The notes below the pieces were generated by a model. That model was not told the DNA's origin. It did no database searches and saw only the letters and a list, made by a program, of their open reading frames with translations. Shown one piece after another: positions 25,151-38,179 of a stretch of DNA of 64,000 bases. Both the position numbers and the translations under genes were made by a program. The stretch comes from Callorhinchus milii (taxonomy: Eukaryota): assembly GCF_018977255.1 (NCBI RefSeq), contig NW_024704742.1:120964001-121028000 (forward strand), given 5' to 3'. Within the stretch, counting starts at the first letter, position 1. Each line of letters opens with the position of its first letter.

Positions 25151-27807
25151 CTGTGAAATTTAAAGCAAAGTATTAAGACAAAATCTTTTTTGAAATTGTG
25201 CAAATAAAATTCTTACAGAAACCATTCCTAGAACATGCATCAGTGGTGGATATCTTATTTATCCCATGCGTTTACAAGCTGCATCAACTCCGAACAATTT
25301 AATGACATAAATCACATTGTACCACATTACGTACACGTCATTATTGTGGCAGAACTGATACAAACGCTGCATAATTCAAAAAAATTAATTGCCGTAAACA
25401 ACATTCCAACTCAGTTTTGTAAACAATTTCTTAACAACTTGCATTTATATAGCACCCTTCAAACTCCAGGACTGCAAGTATGAAAAATATCTGCAAAACA
25501 ATTTAATTCACCCTTAGCAATTCATGAGACTCATTTTAGAAAATTAATATTATATAATGTTTGCTTCCCAATTATCCATTTTAAAAAAATCTGGGGATTT
25601 TATTTTTGTAATGCCTTGCCGTGCTCAATACATGAATGGCATCTCTAATGTGTCGCCAATCAATATCGTGGTTTGATTAGTCCACTAAGTGGAACATTTG
25701 AGAAAATAAGCAAGTATCGCCTTCTAGGTATTTTTCTCTCTCTCTCTACATTGATTGGCTAACAGCCTTAAGTTAGGCATGAGTTAAATATCATTAGAAA
25801 TCCTGTCTCCTCGACAGTCAAACACCAGCATAATCGCTACCAGGCTCTGCTAAAGCCAATGCAACTAATTAAAACAAATAGCAGTGGATTTTGTAATAAA
25901 CGCAATGCATTACCCATTAAGCAGAATAAAAAGCAAAACTGCATCAACATGGTACGATGCAATCAACACTGTAAAGGCATGTTAAAACCCTGTCCTGCCA
26001 AAACAACTTTTACCTTTTCATTTGTTTCTATTTTGCTCAAGATGAAAAAAGCCTTGCGTGTTTAAGCGCTCCGAGATGCTGCCCCATGTGAAGGGAGCTA
26101 TATAAATACAAGTTGTTGTGTTGATGCTATTGTTTCATTTGCTAGACTTGGATTGTGTTCCTTGTACAACTAATTACTTCTCTTTTTCATAGATTTCAGA
26201 TCAACTCAGATGCAAACCTTCAAACCATCACAGAAAATCAGGATCAATCTTCCAAAATTGGATACCATGCCTTTGAAAGATATTGTTGCATTAGTCAGTC
26301 TACGTTGAGTGAAGTATTTTAGTTGATTTATAAATATAAAATGTACCTGAATCTTCAAACTTAGCTGCAAGTATAAAATTAACAAAATGGATCTTCCCCC
26401 CCACCCCTGTCACACAAGGTCAGGAATTTACAATAGCAAATTCTTTAATTGCCAAAATACATTAAAATAAATGGTAATGAGAACATAGCTAGCCTAATGA
26501 TCAATTATAATCAGATTTTCCCTGCAGATATTAGTGTGCAAAATGCTATTAAAGCCAACTGCATGTTTGCCAATGTAACTAGCAACCTGACATTTGATGT
26601 TTTCTTTACTTTTCTTATTCTCTCCATCTAGTCTTGAAGAGAAAGCAATTAGGCAGCTCAAATATTTGCAGATGTATTCTAGTGAACCAAATCCAAATAG
26701 CTCAAACCATCTCAACACACTTTATTAAAAAAAAGTAAAATAAACGTTTCCTTTGTCGTGTTTATTTATTCATAATTGGTCATTTATTTCAAAGCAGTAT
26801 GTGAGACATTGCTGTGCGCAAACTGGCTGCTGTGTTTGCCTAACAGAATTTACAGTTGCTACACTTCACAATAAATCCTATGAATCCTATTCTGAAGTGT
26901 TCTCCTAACAGGATAAGAACAATATTAAATGCAATAATTATTTATCTGCAAGATATTCATGTAAATTATTAAAATCTAGGATTTTGACTGGCTTAAAACA
27001 AAGCCTCAAAATCAGGATTTGAGTCAATCAAAATATTTTGTAAAACCCTCCCAACTAAGGGAAAAATAAAATGATATTCAAAAAATAAAAATGACAGAAT
27101 TGACACAATTTCAATTTCTCAGCTACTTGGCACTCACTGATTTTTTAAAATACTTAAGTAAAAAAATATTTTATTCCTTTCTAATAAGTTTTATTTCAAA
27201 ATTAGAACAGTTCAGTTCCCCAAAAGCTAAATGTCTCAAAATATTTCACAGGAAATTCATTTTTAGGCAAACCCTATTTGGGTCCTATAAATTCACACAA
27301 ACAGCCATGAAGCGATGACCAATTGTTGGCCAGGATAGTGGGAGAAACTCCTTTCTCTTTTTCAAAAGTGTCAGTTTAATATTCACATAAACAAACAGAC
27401 TTTGATTCAATGTCTCATCCAAAAATACTGCAGTGGAGTGTCAGCTTATGAACATAAAGAATCTACAAAGCACACATACTCATAATCTCTGACCCGGAGA
27501 TGAGACCATTACCAAATGGTACCTGGCCATGCGCCATACCAAACTAGAGGATCCCCGGTTTGATCTTGGGCATGGTATGGTGTTTGTTACATACACCAAA
27601 TTGAGGAGGGATTTTAAAAAATGACATGGATCCCATCCTGATTATTATCCAGGAATTCAATACAATATTACATTTGCATAGCACCTTTCACATCGGGAGG
27701 ACGTCTCAAGGCACTGGAATGCTTCCAGGAACAGCACATATGTGAATGAGGTAGTAGGTCAGAGGCTTAAATGTGATGCCTCTCAGTCAATTAGCTCTAT
27801 GGTACTT

Positions 27808-28040
27808 AATAATAATAATCCTTGCATATGATATAGTGCCGTTCAGACGTCTCAAAGCACTTCAAATAATATACTGGAAAATGGATTGACTGTATATTTT
27901 GTGGGCAAAATGCAGCAGCCAATTGTGCAGAGCAGTGTCCTACAAACAGTCGTGGATTGAGTGACCATTATTTAAAAAATTTAAATTTATTTTGAAGAAA
28001 TTATTACCCACGGAAAAGAGATCCGCCAATCGACTAACAA
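27808..28040 (-). mobile_element. Deu-type SINE, 3' part
   Basis: (aat)n tail and core. Confidence 0.75.
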
Positions 28041-28853
28041 CATGTCTAGGATCATATATAACAAACTATCACTGGGATATAGCACCATGGGGGTATCTGT
28101 GGAACTCGACCAGCAGAAGTTACCACCATCAGAAGGAAAGACATAAAGGGAAGAAAATTAAATAATCATCATATTTATATTTGATATAGCTTCCTTCACA
28201 TCGGAAGGATGTCTCAAGCTCTTTAAATAATTTACTGCAAAGTGCAGAGACTGGTATTTTGAAGCAGAATTAAAAGATTAAATTGGAATAAAATTTTAAG
28301 TGCTTTAAGACGCTACCCTGTGTGGAGAGCGCTGTATAACTGCAAGTTGTTGTTTAATCTTCAATTCCCCATATAGCAATTTCTGCAGTCATTCATTCAT
28401 TAAGGAAATAAAATCAGTGGACATGAAAAAAGGGTCAAAATACTGGGAGGTACAACCTCCCAGTGCAAAGGTGGTAATAACAGTGTCATAGTTCTCTGTT
28501 GAGCTAACTTAACAAGGGAATGCATAATAAAAGAAATGCTTCCTAACAAGCAACTAGTTCATTTGTATCCCACTTGGGCAAAACACTCAAAAAGCATCTA
28601 ATGATATTAACAAGAGACCCAGATAAATTGCAGGGTGCAATAAGTTTTATTTCTTGCTAAGTATTATATTCATACATCCAGTAAATTAAACAAAATGTGC
28701 CCCACTCTCCTCAACCTTCTGTAATATTTCCCAAAGCACCTCAGCATGATTACAGGAGAACTAAAATGTGAGAAAAAAGGGTTTCCTAAGCAAGTTTGAT
28801 TAATGGATTATAATTGGTTCTTAAAAGCTTCTGCCCGAGTGATCAAAGATTAC

Positions 28854-28970
28854 CTGCACTCCAACTCTTTCGATGACGCATGAAATTACGTGCAATACAT
28901 GCATCTTCGTATCACATTCTGTGGCTTGTTGAAGCAACTGGAAGAGTAGACTGAAAATGGATTCCAAGTA
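28854..28970 (-). CDS. IPO11: IPO11 exon, 117 nt: YLESIFSLLFQLLQQATECDTKMHVLHVISCVIERVGVQ
   Basis: Acceptor tgtcctgcag, donor gtaatc; phase 0-0. Confidence 0.96.
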
Positions 28971-30431
28971 CTGCAGGACAACAATAAAGACTCAATGTAA
29001 TAATGTACATTCATCAGGCTTGTTTACAATGCAAAAATAATTGACATCCCCAATTGTATAACATTCCTGATGCAGCATCCTCTACTGCAATTCACAAAAC
29101 AACAGTTGCACGATAAATAATCCTATTGATTATCTTGCTTCAATGTGAGTTTTTGCCAAGCTTGCAGTTCTCAACATTTAAACTCCAGGAGGGAAAAAGC
29201 AATAATTTAAGTCGTCTATAAAAAGACTATTAGACATTCTGCGCATGTGGTTGTGTGCGCATGTGCTTGTGTAGTGGAGGAGCAATGGGAAGAGAAGAAA
29301 ACATTTCATTAAGTTACTTTTTCCCCAAAACTAAATTTGCTTAAAAATGAATTTTAAAGAAAATCATCCCTGGAAAGAGATTCATTTATTCTCTCCACTT
29401 CAGATTACTAGACACAGATGGAAGGCACTCTACTGCTAAGACTTATTCCTATGTGATCCCACATTGAAGTCTGCTGGGAGCCAGGTTTAGTCTTGGTTGC
29501 TAATAGAGAAATATCCAAGCTGCCAAAATTCAAGTCATCCATTATCTACCATGTGCTCAGCTGGTACTAAATATTCCTGGCACAGATCCCCCTTGCTAAG
29601 GATCCTTGATCACTGCATGCTGGCCTGTGGGGTTCCCCCTGGAAATACTGACAAATGGGCTTCATCATTGACGTCAAGAATGGCTCCTGGCTGTGTGTGG
29701 AGACCAGAATGGTCTTGGGGGCAATGGAACCACAGATTAAATGAATATAGACAACTGTATCTCTTTTCAAACAGTTTCTTTTATAGTGTACCCATAAAAG
29801 GGATGTGAGTGTTAGAGAATACATTTGACTGAAAGCAATATTTCTGGACCATTCAATTTATAAGATTCAAACGTAAAGCAGCTCTTTTGATGGACTTTAC
29901 CACCAATTAGTGAGAATTAGCACCATTTGGACCTATTCTGTGCACTCAGAAAAAAGGGGAAATTGAACTGCAGGCTTGATTTCAGCTACACAAAAGATGT
30001 ATTCAGCTATCTGAGATTTCTATGCAGTGACTCTCTCCCACTGTGCTCTCCAAGACAAAGGCAGAATGGTGATATTAGAATTGTCAGTTATAAAGGTGAA
30101 TTAGAACATTATCTGTACACAAAAAATAGTGACCTAAAGAAATATTTCTTTGAATCATCTTCCTAATGTGTAATAGAGCCCAAATTTAAGGATTATTATT
30201 TTAATCAGTCATCAGTCCCAAATCCAGCAAATTATATTGCATCAATGAGACCACATGAGAGGACTGCAGCAAACAATTATCATTTGCATCACTTCCTTAC
30301 TCTACAATACTCTTACTTTTAGTTGCATACAAACCATTCCTTTTCCGCAAAGTGGCTATCAAACATACTGATTCTCTTTAATAAAAAAATTCAGGACCAG
30401 AAAATACTAAATACAAAAGGGTTGGACTTAC

Positions 30432-30472
30432 CAGTACAAATTGTTCTGTTCTGAATTCAAAATCATCTACAG
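30432..30472 (-). CDS. IPO11: IPO11 exon, 41 nt: (A)VDDFEFRTEQFVL; preceded by an AC acceptor
   Basis: Acceptor ttgaatatac, donor gtaagt. Confidence 0.94.
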
Positions 30473-31056
30473 GTATATTCAAGTTAAAGAATAAGGCATT
30501 TGCGAGATTAGTTTTTCCACAATACCGCCCCTCCTCCCACATAATAATAGTCTTTGATATTGTTGAATATAAAAACAACAATTTAAGGAGCTGAATTTAG
30601 TAGAAGGTCCAGTGATGCCATAAACAATTCATTCTCATTGGAAAACAAAAGGTTGAACAGACCAAGGAAGATAATGAAAAATGTTAACTGAACAAGGTGA
30701 AATACAAGGAAACTGCATCAGAAACAATAAGAAAAGGTGGAAAAAGAGAAAAATGAAAGCAGAACAGGAGGATGGAAAGAGGAGAGAAACTAATGACAAA
30801 TATAAGGGAATATCAATGAGAAAAAAAAGTAGGGGAAAGCAAAATATCCACAATGTACAACTTTGTTTTTGGTAAACAATTCTTGAGTTTTCATTGTCAT
30901 TCTATCACTCAGTGTACAATACAGTGTACTATGACACCACAATATTATTATAATAATAATGCATTTGTTGGCTGAGCAGTCTTTGATGCACTGAAACGGA
31001 ACAAAAAAAAGCAATTTTGTGTGATAATGCGATTCTCCAGACGACAAAAAGGATAT
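30473..31056 (-). other. U12-type (minor spliceosome) AT-AC intron, 584 nt
   Basis: 5' site ATATCCTTT (31056-31048), branch motif TTCTTTAAC (30491-30483) followed by 10 nt ending ...ATAC; these ends restore LKL-A-VDDFEF. Confidence 0.93.
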
Positions 31057-31090
31057 CAAGTTTCAGGGTTGTAGCTGTCTCAATACGGAC
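31057..31090 (-). CDS. IPO11: IPO11 exon, 34 nt: VRIETATTLKL(A); followed by a U12 AT donor
   Basis: Acceptor ttttttccag; donor ATATCCTTT. Confidence 0.94.
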
Positions 31091-31279
31091 CTGGAAAAAA
31101 ATAAAAAGAAATTACTGTTTCACTGGATCTAAGGCCTTCTGTGCAGAATCAAGCAATTATTACTTCAATTATCTTCATAGAAATTGGGTTTATTTCAAAT
31201 CAAACATTGTTGTGTGTATTTAATTAATTCCACTGAAAGCAAATAAACTCATTCGGATATATTTCTTATAAGCAGCAGC

Positions 31280-31630
31280 AGCAACAACAACTTGGATTTA
31301 TATCGCGCCCTCCACGCCGGACGGCGTCTCAGAGCGCTTCACAGTAACAGATCCCGGAGCTGAGCGAGGGGGAGGGGGAGGAAGGTGACCAAAGGCCCGG
31401 TCAAAAAGAAAGGTCTTCAGCAGAGATCTGAAAATAGAAAGGGAGGGAGCAAGGCGAAGGGAGTGAGGCACGGCCGCCAAGGGTGGAGCAGAGGAATCGG
31501 GGGACGAGGAGGAGGCCAGACCTGGAGGAACGAAGACAACGGGTACTGTTTTGAGGAGAGAGGAGGTCAGAGATGTAGGGGGGTGCAGAGGAGTGCAGGG
31601 GCTTGAAAACAAGGGTGAGGATCTTGAAAT
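31280..31630 (-). mobile_element. L2 3' portion (distinct subfamily)
   Basis: FKILTLVFKPLHSSAPPYISDLL; FRSLLKTFLFDRAF. Confidence 0.8.
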
Positions 31631-31864
31631 CATTGATCATCAATAAATCATTGATCATTACTTAAGGTTTATTAGTGCTTTTTAAATCATATGCAATGTT
31701 TGTTTGAACACAGGCAGCAAATAATTATTTTCTGTCATTTCAACGTATCTTGAGAAGGAAAAGTACATCTAAGACACCACATCTGAATGACAGGTTTTAA
31801 CAGAAATATTTACTTTATAAATGTTAAGATTCTCTAATAGAACATCAGGCCAAATGTGATGGTG

Positions 31865-32130
31865 AACAATAACAACAACTTGTATTTATATAGCGTTCTT
31901 CATACAAGGTAGAGTCCAGGAGAGCTTGACAGTGGTGGAGTTTGATAATAGACAGAGGGGGAGAGGGAGGGGGGAGGTGACCGTAAGCACGATCCAAAAA
32001 GAAGGTCTGTAGGCGGGATTTGAAAGTGGGGAGGGAGGGGGCAAGCTGGAGGGATTGAGGGAGCGAGTTCCAGTGTTTCGGGGCATAGTGGCTGAAGGTA
32101 TGGCCACTGACGGTGGAGCAGAGGGACTAG
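31865..32130 (-). mobile_element. Old L2 3' fragment
   Basis: Tail plus a degenerate ORF2 end. Confidence 0.65.
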
Positions 32131-35100
32131 CAGTGTGCAACTGATAGAAAAAGCAGATGAGAAAGATGTGAAAGATCTTTACATGTGAAAGACATGTAAA
32201 AGGCAACTACACTGTCTGCACACGGATAAACCATGTGCTGGGTCAGGCAATTTCAACAGCTAAAAGTATCAGTTTGAGCAATGGCTCACTGCAGGTGGCA
32301 ATGTGCATAGATGTGCAAAAGTGCATACTCCCAGTTGACCAGATGATTGTCTAATTGCGTCAATAAAAGCCACAATTTCAACCTGTTTATCTTTATGCAA
32401 CATTTTCACTGAAAAATTTTATAATAAGGGCAATTTTCTATTAAGTGGACAGCTTTGCAATCCATCGCTGCATTTGTATAATTGAAAGTTCTCTAAATTA
32501 TCCATCTGCTTGACTCTTAACAGTATAATCATGACATTTGGAACTTGGCAAGTTGTCCAGTAAAGCACAGTATTGCAAATAATATTTCTAAGTACATCAC
32601 TTTTTAATGTGACTATACTTTATAGATGTCAGGTATGTTTCCATTAAATTAATTCAAAAATATGGTGAAAGCAAACCATCTCTTAATGGCTCTCTGTACC
32701 ACAGACTTCCATAAGAGATCCTATTAAATTATTTAAAATATAACTGATTTTAAAAATGAACATTAAAAGTACAATTATAAAATAATAATGCTGCGCACAT
32801 TCTGTTGGTGATTTTTAAAAAAAATGCTGAGATTTTTATTGAAAAGTTTGTCTTGTCTTGGTTTTAGTTTCATTAACAATAAGGGGTGAATTACCCTGAT
32901 CCTGCCTGGGAGGCTCATGCTACTTTAAAATTATAACTCTGGGGGCTTGAAATACACCATAAAACTGGACGTGTTGCAACATTCCAAACTTCTTCTTAAA
33001 TAACTTTTGGACTATTTTGAGGAGGAGGCACTTAAGGCAAATGACTTTCTGTACGTACACGAAACATCATCAGAACTTTATCTTTCCCAAAAAGCCCAAT
33101 CCTCCCTCACCCAGTATCCATATATGACCATATACATTTTAGCCAAGGTCATTGTACAGCTTTCAGTATGGAAACCCTGGCTGATTTTTCCTCTCTCCAA
33201 TCTCAGGGTTACAAATGCCAATTAAAGTCACCCAGAACTACTCCCAGCTAAGATCAACTAATTTAATGCAGACAAAGGACCTGCATGACATGAGCTATAC
33301 AACCTAATGTTACGCTGCATGGTGCCTTTCCTCACACGTTTATTGAGAACTCCAGTTGCAGAATAAAATAAACTTGAAGCCAAATCAATTTTATCTTACA
33401 AACCCCAAACAACTTGGAGGCCTCGGACTGTGCTGATGGTAGAGCGGTCAAGGCTGCAGATTATGGACCAGGAGCTTGTTGGTCTCAACCATGGCTGCAT
33501 GAGGTGGCTAAATTGGCCCAGTGTTTGCAAGGGTCAGGGAGAGGAATCGAGCTGAGTTCTTGATCAAGGGCTCTCATCAGCGCCCTCTATTGGTTGTGCA
33601 TGTGCCCTCTACAGTTAAGTGGACTGGTGCCACTCAGTCAAGGGTCATAGATGAATAAATGGCCACTTGGCCAGGGTTCCAGAGGACAGCAGTGCTCGTG
33701 GAGCCCCCACCCAAACATGAGATAACTGGAGACAGAAGACAGAAGGGAGAAAATTAGAAAAATAATTGTATATAAAATCAAGGAATCTTTAGTTATTGTT
33801 GCATTGTGCTATCATATGTTACAGTAACTAAAGATTCCTCACCATCACAGTTTTGTAACCTCAAGTTTTAAAGCACATTGCAGGAATCTGCCACTGCAGA
33901 TAACGTCCTCTGAATACTCAATCCATCAAAAGTTCATTCTAACCCACCCTAAGGTACTTAATGTTTCACTGAAGAAGCCAACTGTCATACCTGGTTAGAC
34001 AATCCAATCTCTAGCAGTTATCAGAATGACATTTCAAGGAATCACCTCTGTACAAAAGTCTAAGGATCACAAAGTAACTGCAGCATGACAGTATGCCACA
34101 TACCAGGAGATGCAACTCACTCCAACAGAAAATTACTTGAATGGACGGACTTTTAGTATCACGCAAAAGAACCAGTTGCACTTTCAGAGCTCAGACTGAA
34201 TTAAACAGTGCAATCAAGTTGAATGAGTGACATATTCTGTTGTATTAAGGAACAAAATAACCAGAGCAAAATATTTCAGTCATAAAAAGAGGAGCAGATC
34301 AAGATGAATGAGCTGAATGCAATTTCCCCTGAAGGGTTTGTGCTGTTGATACTATTCTACTCTGTCAGAAGAGAATTCCTCTTGGGTTTCTATAATCCTG
34401 TCAAAAATATGAATTCCAAATACAGTTAATAATGCAGTTGTAACTAAGACCAAGATTGTAACGCAGTCTCGTTTTCTCCATACGTTTGAATACAATTTCA
34501 ATATTCTTTCTTCCAATATTCTTCCATCTTTTCATTAATGCAATGTGCTCAAGAATATTTTCACTGGTTTTGATACCCAGTGACACCCTGGGTGACCATT
34601 CTTCATAATAGTAAATAATCCTTGCATTTAGTAATGTGGTTTATCATGAGGCACTGTATCAAATGCTTACAAATTAGGACAAAATGTCAAGTTTTTAGCA
34701 AGATTTAAAATTCATCTGCAGGATGAAGGTTTTCTCTCATTATTTCATAAAATTTCAACATTTTCTTGCAACTCAAACAGCTAACTGAAGCACGTGGAAC
34801 CTAAACTAGTTTTCTTAGCATTGAAAATCTAACTAAGTTCAGGTAAGGTTGAATCCTGTCGACTGAGAAGACCATTCTTCATTCCATCTTTTTATCGATC
34901 CTGAAAATATATATCATTGAATGCCTTTTTTATGATCATTCTTTATGAATGATCAAACACCTTCAGTGAGAAGGCAGTCAATGCCTAAAGAACTTAATCA
35001 CAATACTTTTATGCCTATTAAGTCCCATGTTTGGAGTGAATATAGCAAAATCTTTTGTACTGCATTACTAAATCTGTAATATAATAGATAACACCCACAA

Positions 35101-35366
35101 AATACACACAATCTCACCACTTTACAATATATCCTGTGAAGTGCTTTGGAGGATCTCGACAACGTAATAAAGGCTATATCAAAAGCAAGGATTATTATTA
35201 TATTAGTGTCAGCATGGAAGCGAGTACCAACACAGAACAATGGGCCAAACAACCTCCTCCTGTGCTGTAAACATTTTGTGCAGCTAAATATTGCGGATAT
35301 TGGATGTTTAACACCAGCTATGAAACCATCTGATAAACATGCTGTTTGATCACTATTATACATGTG

Positions 35367-35545
35367 ATAATAATAATCCTTGCATTTGATATAACGCTTT
35401 ATCACGTCTTTGAGACGTCTCAAAGCGCTTCACAGAATATCCTGTAAAATTAATTAACTGTAGTTTATGGGCGAAATGCGGCAGCCAATTTCGCACAGCA
35501 GTGTCCCACAAACAGTCATGGATTGAGTAAGCAAATTATTATTAT
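35367..35545 (-). mobile_element. Deu-type SINE, 3' part
   Basis: Tail and core motifs. Confidence 0.8.
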
Positions 35546-35559
35546 TTATTTTTGAATGA

Positions 35560-37540
35560 GCAGAGAGCCCAGCAGTGTGAGGAGGGAACTCAATGAGGTG
35601 AAACAGAGTGAGAATTCTGTTAAGGAATTTGGTTAGAGTGGGAATTCGGTGCAGAGGGGGAAAAGAGGTGCATAATTATAACATTTGTAATAGTTTTTAC
35701 CAAAATAATATAAAATAGGTTTGGAAGTACGGCAGGGCAGCTGAGACTAGTTGCATGCACAATGCGTGCTATGTGGGCATGGTAGGAAGAGGGGACGGGC
35801 AGTGCCGAAATCCCTTGAGAGTGTGGCACTCACAAACCTGCTCTCTGTACTGAATAGCGGTCACGGTGATGACATCTCTGGGGAGAGGAGTCAAAAGCAA
35901 ATGGATGCACAGAGGGGCACAGGGAAGAGTGTCAATGCAATTGTCATTGGGGACACATCGGTGAAAGGGGTTGACAGACGTTTCTTTCGAATGGTATGTT
36001 GCCTCACTGGTGCCAGGGTTGAAGACATCACGAAACGGGTGCCAAACATTCTACCGGAGGAAGGGGAACATCCAGAAGTTGTGGTCCATTTTGGGACCCA
36101 TGACAGGGGAAAAAAGGCTGAGATCCTACAGGGAGAGTATCAGAAGCTAGACGAAAAGCTAAAGCATATGAACTCAAAGGATTACTCCCAGTGTTCGTAC
36201 AAATGAGTATCAAAACAGCAGGATCAAACACATGAATGCATGGCTGGAGAAATGGTGTAGAAAGGAGGTCTTCAGGTTCCTGGAACATTGGGTCCAGTTC
36301 TGGAGCAGATTGGGACCTGTACAAAGTGGATGGGTTACACCTGAACAGGGCTGGGACCAATGGCCTCACAGGGAGGTTAACTAGGGCTGTGGGGAAAGGT
36401 TTAAACTAATTTCGAGGGAGGAATCTGGATGTGGCATCAGGGAGGAGAAACAAGTTACTTAGAGAACTGGGAGAGACGAATAGCAATGTAATAAGGAGTA
36501 GTGCAGAAAAAGGAGGGATTAGACGGCGGAGGCTCAAGTTGCCACATAGAATTATGATGTAGTGGCAATAACTGAGACCTAGTTCAAACAAGGGCAGGAA
36601 TGGGAGCTGAATATTCCTGGGTACAATGTATTCAGGAGGGATAGGGAAGGGAAAAAATGGAGGTGGGGTGGTAATATTGATTAAAGACACGGTTATGGCC
36701 CTGGAAAAGGATGATAGAGGGTCCAAAAACAGAATATATTTTGTTCGAGTTAAGGAGCAGAAAAGGAGCTGTTAATCTGTTAGATGTATTCTATAGACCA
36801 TCAAATAATAATAATAATAATCCTTGCATTTGATATAGCGCTTTTCACGTCAGGAGGACGTCCCAAAGCGCTTCACAGAACACACTGTAAAGTGAATTGA
36901 TTGTATATTTGTGGGCGAACGCGGCAGCCAATTGCGCACAGCAATGTCCCACAAATAGTCATAGATTGAAAATGACCAATTTATTATTGTTTTTGGTTTT
37001 TGGAGGGATTATTATTAGGCTCTGTGTGGAGTAAGGAAACTTGCCCAAGGTTTCGCCCTGACCTGCCTGGAATTGAACTCAGGTCTCTCGCTTGCAAAGC
37101 GAGTGCTCTAACCACTGAGCTACAGGACTCCACAATTATATTGTAATCAATAAAAAGAAAATAGCAACAATGCACAACTGGAGAAAACAAGCTATACAGT
37201 AGATCCTGTAACATAATATAAATTTCATATTGTGGGGAAGGAGATAGATGAGCAAATCTGTAAGAAGATTTCAGAAAGGTGCAAAACCAATTGAGTAGTG
37301 ATAATGGGAGACTCAATTATCCTAACATAGACTGGCAAAATAACAGTGTAAAGGGCAAGGAGGGGGAAGGATTCCTGAAATGTGTGCAAGATAACTTTCT
37401 GGATTAGTATGTTTCCAGCCCAATGAGGAAGGAAGCAGTGCTGGATCTAGTTCTGGGGAATGAAGTGGGCCAAGTGGAGCAGGTTTCACTAGGAGAGCAT
37501 CTGGACAGCAGTGATCACAACATCATTAGGTTTAGAGTAA
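35560..37540 (+). mobile_element. Decayed CR1-clade LINE 5' region: SGNH-esterase ORF1 plus APE endonuclease, interrupted by a SINE
   Basis: AIVIGDT, MVCCLTGARVEDI, VVVHFGTHD, DGLHLNRAG; then VAITET, LNIPGYNVFRRDREGKK, LDLVLGNE, SDHNIIRF. Confidence 0.85.
36804..37133 (-). mobile_element. Full-length young Deu-type SINE inserted into the CR1
   Basis: Near-identical to the copies at 43710 and 56630. Confidence 0.92.
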
Positions 37541-37542
37541 TA

Positions 37543-37853
37543 ACATAATAATCCTTGCATTTGATATAGCGCTTTTCACATGTTCGTGATATCTCAAAGT
37601 GCTTCACAGAATAGACTGTAAAGTGAATTGACTGTATATTTGTGGGCGAAATGCAGCAGCCGATTGCGCACAGCAGTGTCCCACAAACAGTCATGGATTG
37701 AAGAGACCAATTTATTATTGCTTTTTTTCTTGAAGGATTATTATCAGTCGTGTGGAGTAAGGAAACTTGCCCAAGGTTACACCCTGCCAGGATTCGAACC
37801 TAGGTCTCTCGCTTGCGAGGCGAGTGCTCTAAACCCCTAAGCTAAAGGACTCC
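37543..37853 (-). mobile_element. Full-length Deu-type SINE
   Basis: Head, core and tail all present. Confidence 0.88.
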
Positions 37854-38179
37854 ATGATGCGATGCACCTACAGTCAGTGCACAGCAATTCAGGTGGTTGC
37901 TGTTCTGTCTTTGCATTTCGAATGCTTGAGAAGAGATGGCCATGCAATCAGCTCTTTTCTGTTATCTAAAATCCGAGCCAGTTGGAAAACAGTGAACCTT
38001 TAAACCCTACCATTCAACTCTGCAGACAATTATACATGCAGCAGTGCACTCATTATCCCGGAGTATTTCATCATATCGGTTTACCTTTATAACCTTAAAT
38101 TACACTTAAACAGATCATATATCCAGCTTTTTTTAATGTTAATCAACAAAACATTAATGTCCTTTCTGAAAGCCTACTC

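Noticed and set aside
28442..28464. Small inverted repeat actgggagg...cctcccagt
   Set aside because: Arms of about 9 bp are too short to distinguish from chance in 64 kb
30378..30581. 67-aa ORF containing VDDFEFRTEQF
   Set aside because: Only 30432-30472 is exonic; the rest is intron read-through. The same applies to 55888..56097
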